Position numbers and translations under genes: made by a program | Origin: Candidatus Woykebacteria bacterium | GTDB lineage: Bacteria > Patescibacteriota > Microgenomatia > Woykebacterales > RBG-16-39-9b | Reading direction: 5' to 3' | DNA: 64,000 nucleotides | Assembly (NCBI GenBank): GCA_040876345.1 | Contig: JBBDPM010000006.1 | Span: 264,547 to 328,546, forward strand | Part shown: positions 58,842 through 64,000 of the stretch, one piece after another | How the letters are laid out: each line of letters begins with the position of its first letter | How positions within the stretch are numbered: the stretch's first letter is position 1 | The notes under the pieces: model-generated | The model's input: only the letters and a program-made list of their open reading frames with translations | Databases searched by the model: none | What the model was told of the DNA's origin: nothing

Positions 58842-59114
58842 ATGAGCCTAGTTGGAGCGTTGGTGACTACTGCGACTGTTGGCGGTAGTGGTGGCTCTGC
58901 CACAATCACAGTCCTCAGAGATTGCGCACGGCATAAGAAGGGTGAGCAGACTGCAGCAGTCTTTGATAACCCAGGAGATGCCGAGAGAGCAACGAGACTC
59001 ATCCGTGAGAAGGAGAGGGTGGTCGCTCTATACGACGACACCAGAGGTGCGATCGAGTCTCTTAGCGATGCGGTCTGGGACGAGGAACTCGAACAGCTCG
59101 ACGACTCGCAATAA
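58842..59114 (+). CDS. Small high-GC ORF (90 aa), paralog of the two upstream ORFs
   Basis: SD GGGAGGTGA 5 nt upstream. MSLVGALVTTATVGGSGGSATITVLRD...EQTAAVFDNPGD...ERVVALYDDTRGAIESL. Confidence 0.5.
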   Translation: MSLVGALVTTATVGGSGGSATITVLRDCARHKKGEQTAAVFDNPGDAERATRLIREKERVVALYDDTRGAIESLSDAVWDEELEQLDDSQ

Positions 59115-59164
59115 CCTGCTCACGGCTGGCCTTACCTTTGCGCCCTGGGCAAGGTCAGCTACAC

Positions 59165-59896
59165 TCAAGCAGCTCTCGCGATTGTAAAGTAACTCACCTC
59201 ATCAAGACCAGGTGCAAACTCTAGTACTTCAAATCCATTTTCTTCCAACAACTTTTTAACATCTTCCTGAGAAAACCCTCTTACTAGGTGTTCCACATCA
59301 TAAAACCTAGCTTCTCCGTTATCGTAGGCCTTAAAAGAAAAGGCTAAATTGGTTATGGGTGGGTCATAACTAACAATTTTTGTTTTTATATGCCTAGCAA
59401 TCTCAATTCCGTCAATCTTAATTTTTTTTATCTCCGGGTAAAGCTCTCCTTGTAACATCTTATCGGCAAAAAAAGTATCAAAAATCAAAATACCCTGGGG
59501 CTTTAAAGAATCATGAAATTTTTCGAGTGCTTCTGAAATATCTTCATCGGTTAATAAATGGGGGAAGGCTCTACCCGCCAAAATCACGGCATCAAACTCT
59601 TCTGAAAGGTGAAAATCCCGCATATCTGCAAGGGTCTGAGGAATTTTTGGGAGAAGCTTGTGGGAGAGCTCAATCATTTCTTTCGAGCTGTCCAACATCT
59701 GCACATCGTATTTATTTTTTTGAGAAAGAATTTTTGTAAGACGGCCCGGGCCAGAGCCAACATGAAGAACCTTCTTGGCTCGATACTTTTTTAAATATTG
59801 ATCAATTAAACTGGCAACTTTAGGGTAGTTGAAATGCTTTTGGTAAAAAAGGTCGTAAATATTGGCGAGATCGGTATAGAGCTTTGATTGATCCAT
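59165..59896 (-). CDS. Class I SAM-dependent methyltransferase
   Basis: Motif I KVLHVGSGPGRLTKIL and post-I acidic residue (MLDSS). Confidence 0.75.
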   Translation of the reverse strand: MDQSKLYTDLANIYDLFYQKHFNYPKVASLIDQYLKKYRAKKVLHVGSGPGRLTKILSQKNKYDVQMLDSSKEMIELSHKLLPKIPQTLADMRDFHLSEEFDAVILAGRAFPHLLTDEDISEALEKFHDSLKPQGILIFDTFFADKMLQGELYPEIKKIKIDGIEIARHIKTKIVSYDPPITNLAFSFKAYDNGEARFYDVEHLVRGFSQEDVKKLLEENGFEVLEFAPGLDEVSYFTIARAA

Positions 59897-59906
59897 TTAC
59901 AGTTTT

Positions 59907-62327
59907 TTACTTAATTACTATCTCGTTCTTTTCCACCTTAACCTCAACAGTCTCTCCCTTTTTAAACTTCCCAGAAATTATTCCCTCGGAGAGCGGGTCT
60001 TCTATTTTTTCTTGAATTACCCTTTTTAGCTCTCTTGCTCCATATTCTGGGGAAAATCCAAGCTCAACTAGCTTTGTATAAACGCTTTCATCTGTTTTGA
60101 GCTTTATTTTAAGATCTTTGAGCCTTTCCTTAACCTCGGCTAATTCTAAACTCGCTATTTTCTTAACCACTACTTTATTTAAAGGCTTAAAGACAATTAT
60201 TGAATCAACTCTATTTAAAAATTCCACTTTAAAGCTGCGCTTAAGCTCCTCCTTCAATTTATTCGACATTTCTTGGTGATATTTTATCTCGCTTTTTCGC
60301 CCTTCTTCTTTTTTGGAAAAGCCAATATCCCCTTCTTTCCTGATTAAGTGCGAGCCGACATTACTTGTCATAATGAGGACGCAATTCCTAAAATTCACAA
60401 TTCTCCCTTTTCCATCCATAAGATGACCATCATCTAATACTTGGAGCAAAATATTGAAAACTTCGGGATGGGCTTTTTCAATCTCATCAAGTAGGACAAC
60501 GCTGTAAGGGTGGTGACGAAGTTTCTCGGTTAATTCTCCTCCTTCTTCATAACCAACGTATCCAGGTGGAGCACCAACTAGGCGAGAGACGGTGTGGCGT
60601 TCCGAAAATTCACTCATGTCAAGGCGAATCAAGGCTTCTTCATCCTCAAAAAGAGCCCGGGAGAGGGTTTTGGCAACTAAAGTTTTTCCCACCCCGGAGG
60701 TGCCAAGAAAGATAAAACTTCCAATCGGCCTTTTCGGATCACGCAAGCCTACCCGAGAGCGGCGAAGAACTGAAGCGAGATTTCTTAAAACTTCCCCTTG
60801 CCCTACAACACTCTTTCCCAGCTCTTTTTCTAGGTTCAGAAGCCTTTGGGCTTCGTCTACAGAAAGCTCTTCAGTTGGGATACCAGTTATCATGGAGACC
60901 ACTTCAGTCACATCTGCTTCATCGACTATCCTAGCTTCTCTTGTTTGGTTCTTAGAAAGGATTTCTTCTAGTTGATCTTCTAATTTTTTCTCTTTTTCGC
61001 GTAGCTTAATAGCTGTATCGTACTGTTCTTCTTTAACTAAACTTTCCTTGTCCAAACGCAGGGATTTGATCTTGTCCTCAATGTGGATAGCCGATGGTGT
61101 TAGCGAGTTTACTCGAACTGCTTTTTTAGATGCCGCTTCATCTAATATATCAATTGCGCTATCTGGTAAGTGTCTATCGGTAAGGTAGCGCACTGCCAGG
61201 TTTACGGCAAGATCAATTGCCTTTTTCTTGATTCTAACTCCGTGAAAATCCTCGTAGCGTTTTTTCAAACCTTCCAGAATACCAACCGTGGTTTTCTCAT
61301 TTGGCTCCTCTACCATTATCGGCTGAAATCTTCGCTCTAGGGCCGGATCTTCCTCAATAAAATGGGCGTATTCATCCACGGTAGTCGCCCCAATACAATT
61401 AAGCTCTCCTCGGGCTAGTGCTGGTTTAAGGATGTTAGCAGCGTCCAAGGCGCCGCCCGCACCCCCCGCACCAACAATAGTCTGAATTTCATCAATGAAC
61501 AAAATTATGTTGCCCGCGTCTTTTATCTCATCGATAACTCCCAAAAGTCTTTCCTCAAAGTCCCCTCTAAAACGAGTGCCCGCAACTAAGGCGTTGAGAT
61601 CAAGACTAATGAGCCTCGTGCCAAAAAATTTCTGGGGGACAGTTCGTTCTACTATTCTTTTAGCAAGCCCTTCCACGATCGCTGTCTTGCCGACTCCCGC
61701 CTCCCCAAGCAGAACTGGATTATTTTTTGTCCTTCTGGAAAGCACTTGAAGCACCCGAGAAATTTCATTGTGTCTACCAATAACCGGATCTAGCTTACCA
61801 GAACGGGCTAAAGACGTAAGCTCGCGGCTATAATTATTTAAAAGTGGTGTTTGAGGTTGTTTAGTTGGGGTCTGGGGCTGTTGGTAAGAAGTGTAAGACT
61901 CTACTCTACTTTTTAAAGATTCGTAAGTAATGCCCCAGCTTCTTAAAATATGACAGGCAAGACCAGATGGAGTCTTAGCCAGTCCACAAAGTAAGTGCTC
62001 GGTCCCGACAAAAGGAGAACCCCAAAGATAGGCTTGAAGAGCGGCCGCCGCAATTGCTTCTTGAGAGCTTTCGGAAAAGCCACCATCATTGTCCTCTTGA
62101 ACTCCTTCTGGATCAGTTGAGGCGATAACTGCTTCCCTCACTTTCTCGGAGTCAACCTGAAAGCTAGAGAGTACTTTGTGAGCAATTGAGGTTTTGTCCT
62201 TTAAAATTCCAAGCAAAACATGTTCGGTGTCGACAATATTTGAATTGAGTTCTCTGGCCTCTTTGGCGCTGACAGAAAGAGCTCTTCTAGCTCTTTCAGT
62301 AAATTTTTCGATTAACTTCTTGCTCAT
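59907..62327 (-). CDS. clpC: ATP-dependent Clp protease ATP-binding subunit ClpC
   Basis: Clp_N repeats. Two AAA+ modules with Walker A ([18 protein letters not shown]; [19 protein letters not shown]). Short middle domain. 806 aa. Adjacent to radA as in Firmicutes. Confidence 0.9.
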   Translation of the reverse strand: MSKKLIEKFTERARRALSVSAKEARELNSNIVDTEHVLLGILKDKTSIAHKVLSSFQVDSEKVREAVIASTDPEGVQEDNDGGFSESSQEAIAAAALQAYLWGSPFVGTEHLLCGLAKTPSGLACHILRSWGITYESLKSRVESYTSYQQPQTPTKQPQTPLLNNYSRELTSLARSGKLDPVIGRHNEISRVLQVLSRRTKNNPVLLGEAGVGKTAIVEGLAKRIVERTVPQKFFGTRLISLDLNALVAGTRFRGDFEERLLGVIDEIKDAGNIILFIDEIQTIVGAGGAGGALDAANILKPALARGELNCIGATTVDEYAHFIEEDPALERRFQPIMVEEPNEKTTVGILEGLKKRYEDFHGVRIKKKAIDLAVNLAVRYLTDRHLPDSAIDILDEAASKKAVRVNSLTPSAIHIEDKIKSLRLDKESLVKEEQYDTAIKLREKEKKLEDQLEEILSKNQTREARIVDEADVTEVVSMITGIPTEELSVDEAQRLLNLEKELGKSVVGQGEVLRNLASVLRRSRVGLRDPKRPIGSFIFLGTSGVGKTLVAKTLSRALFEDEEALIRLDMSEFSERHTVSRLVGAPPGYVGYEEGGELTEKLRHHPYSVVLLDEIEKAHPEVFNILLQVLDDGHLMDGKGRIVNFRNCVLIMTSNVGSHLIRKEGDIGFSKKEEGRKSEIKYHQEMSNKLKEELKRSFKVEFLNRVDSIIVFKPLNKVVVKKIASLELAEVKERLKDLKIKLKTDESVYTKLVELGFSPEYGARELKRVIQEKIEDPLSEGIISGKFKKGETVEVKVEKNEIVIK

Positions 62328-62356
62328 ACGCTATTTATAGAGTGCTGAGTTATTAG

Positions 62357-63562
62357 TTATGATTTTTTAGTTGCTTTCTTAACCTTTCGCGTCTTGTCCT
62401 TAGCCTGAGTTTTGGCAGTGGCCCTCTTTTCTTGGTCACTTGGCACGTCAGTGGGTTTCTTTTCCTTCTTCTTCTCCACAGACTCATCTTTTTCATCAGT
62501 CTCAAGCCTCAATGCGACTCTTCTCTGCTCCGGGCTAAAAAGATCAATACTTACGGTAACTTTGTCTCCTCTATCAAGCTTTTTGCCATAAGGTATTTTA
62601 GAGCTGTGAATCAATCCTTCGATTCCCTTTTCAAGCTGAACAAAGGCGCCATATGAGCTTATTCTTGAGATTTCCGCTTTAATTTCTTTACCAACTGGGT
62701 ATTTGCTTTCTGCTTTTTTCCAGGGGTCTTCTTCAAGCTGTTTTATGGATAGGTTTACTTTTCCAGAGCCAGGATCTATTTCTACCACTTTCACCTTAAC
62801 CTTATCACCAATTTTAAATATCGCATCCAGCGCCTCAACTCTTTCCCAAGAAATCTCACTAATATGGACTAGCCCATCAACGCTGCCCATTTCTCCTTCT
62901 GTTGAGGATGGTAGGCCAACCAAAATTCCAAACGGCAAAATTTTGCTCACTTTACCTTCTATCTCTTCGCCTTCTGAGAAGGGAAGCTCAAATTTAGGAA
63001 GTTTGGCCGCTTCGGGATTGGCCTCTTTTTCAGAAAAAACTAGGCGATTGAGTTTTTTATCAACTTCCAAAATTTTAACTTGAATTGGTTCAGTCGAATC
63101 TTTGCTTGGATTACTTGTTAAATGCGAGGATGGAATAAAACCCCGAATACCACCAAAATCTACTAAAAATCCCCCTTTATTTGATTCAACTGGGCGTACT
63201 TCTACTGTCTCATAAGTTTCCATCTTCTTGGTAGCTTCTTGCCAACGACGCTCACTTCCGGCTTTTTTGATGGATAAAATAACTTGACCACCCTCAGATT
63301 CTGGTACCAGCACATAAGCCATGAGGTTGTCCCCTATTTTTATATTTTCTAGTTTTTCATCGCTTTCAAGCTCTCGGGCGGAAATTACTCCTTCTGCCTT
63401 TGCCCCAATGTCAACAAAAACTTGGTCCTTACTTTTAGCAACTACTTTGCCTTCAACAATTTGGCCTCTGGAAAGGGTTTTTGGAGCATAGTCTTCTTTT
63501 TCAAGAAGAGCTCCCATTACTGAACTTGGGTTAGATGAAATTATTTTATTTGATTTTGCCAT
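62357..63562 (-). CDS. rpsA: 30S ribosomal protein S1 (four S1 domains, Lys-rich C-terminal tail)
   Basis: Repeated S1 OB-fold motifs (GQIVEGKVVAKSKDQVFVDIGAKAEGVI; GEEIEGKVSKILPFGILVGL; GDKVKVKVVEIDPGSGKVNLS; GKEIKAEISRISSYGAFVQLE). Confidence 0.85.
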   Translation of the reverse strand: MAKSNKIISSNPSSVMGALLEKEDYAPKTLSRGQIVEGKVVAKSKDQVFVDIGAKAEGVISARELESDEKLENIKIGDNLMAYVLVPESEGGQVILSIKKAGSERRWQEATKKMETYETVEVRPVESNKGGFLVDFGGIRGFIPSSHLTSNPSKDSTEPIQVKILEVDKKLNRLVFSEKEANPEAAKLPKFELPFSEGEEIEGKVSKILPFGILVGLPSSTEGEMGSVDGLVHISEISWERVEALDAIFKIGDKVKVKVVEIDPGSGKVNLSIKQLEEDPWKKAESKYPVGKEIKAEISRISSYGAFVQLEKGIEGLIHSSKIPYGKKLDRGDKVTVSIDLFSPEQRRVALRLETDEKDESVEKKKEKKPTDVPSDQEKRATAKTQAKDKTRKVKKATKKS

Positions 63563-63736
63563 AAAACTCCTGTTCTTAATCTAAAAGTTTCCCTAGTATA
63601 GCTTAAATCATATCGATATTCAAACAGTAAACCAAGACTAAATTTGATCTTAAGCGCCAAGGCCCACCGAACAGTCTTTTGACAAAACTGTGGTGGGCCC
63701 CTCTTGGCAACTTTTGCCATCGCTCACCTACTCCCG

Positions 63737-64000
63737 TCACTCGTCCTCGATGCCGTGATCCTTTAGATAGTCGAGAACGTCTTGCACCTTGACAAGCTTC
63801 TCTGCTTCTTCGTCCGAAATCTCGAAAGGCTGATCGTTATTCGTGAAGAACTCTTCCTCCATCGCCATGATCATCTCGACAAGATCCAGCGAGTCAGCGT
63901 TGAGATCGTCGACGAAATTGGAGTGCGGTTGCACCTGATCCGATTCGACTCCGAGTTGCTCAACGACAATCCTCACCACCCGATCGAAAACCGTTTCCTT
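63737..64000 (-). CDS. acpP: Acyl carrier protein (N-terminus beyond the window end)
   Basis: Phosphopantetheine attachment motif [21 protein letters not shown]. The reading frame is open to the window edge (..[17 protein letters not shown]). Confidence 0.7.
   Translation of the reverse strand, partial: KETVFDRVVRIVVEQLGVESDQVQPHSNFVDDLNADSLDLVEMIMAMEEEFFTNNDQPFEISDEEAEKLVKVQDVLDYLKDHGIEDE

Overview
The window is a low-GC (~38-40%), gene-dense bacterial fragment. Its features look like a small-genome, Gram-positive-type lineage: tandem type IV pilins, an LPXTG sortase substrate, Firmicutes-like clpC-radA-yacL synteny, giant single-pass surface proteins and a short ATP synthase epsilon subunit. 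It may be a Candidate Phyla Radiation (CPR)/Patescibacteria-like organism, but that is inference. The standard genetic code is used, with TGA acting as a stop.

Housekeeping genes are clearly recognisable: argS, leuS, rho, obg, radA, clpC, rpsA, a partial acpP, ndk, gdh, an archaeal-type FBP aldolase/phosphatase, two tRNA-Ala genes and an F1Fo ATP synthase operon.

The most unusual content:
- The atp operon in this window has no a-subunit gene. The c-subunit position holds a 276-aa fusion: signal/TM segment, extracellular domain, then a c-type hairpin whose ion-binding carboxylate is replaced by Leu.
- That extracellular domain is homologous to the C-terminal module of two giant membrane-anchored surface proteins (1172 and 1730 aa). 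One starts divergently 80 bp upstream.
- The giant proteins have cytoplasmic N-terminal DNA-binding-type folds (a XerD/integrase SAM-like domain in one, a MerR-like HTH in the other) ahead of their single TM.
- A four-gene surface-protein operon resembles the Firmicutes csc/WxL clusters but carries a different conserved C-terminal module.
- A comEA-comEC competence locus is decayed by an in-frame stop, a frameshift and a large deletion.
- A mercury-resistance and thiol-redox island holds an ArsR-type regulator, MerA, a MerT-like protein and two GACPxC membrane proteins.
- Two sharply bounded high-GC (~60%) islands look foreign. One encodes a Cna-B-domain surface protein. The other encodes three tandem small paralogous ORFs, one with an in-frame TGA aligned to Gly in a paralog.
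- There are two copies of an ~85-bp structured intergenic repeat, a 37-bp identical 5' element shared by two unrelated membrane-protein genes, and a 1.1-kb non-coding gap with stable hairpins.
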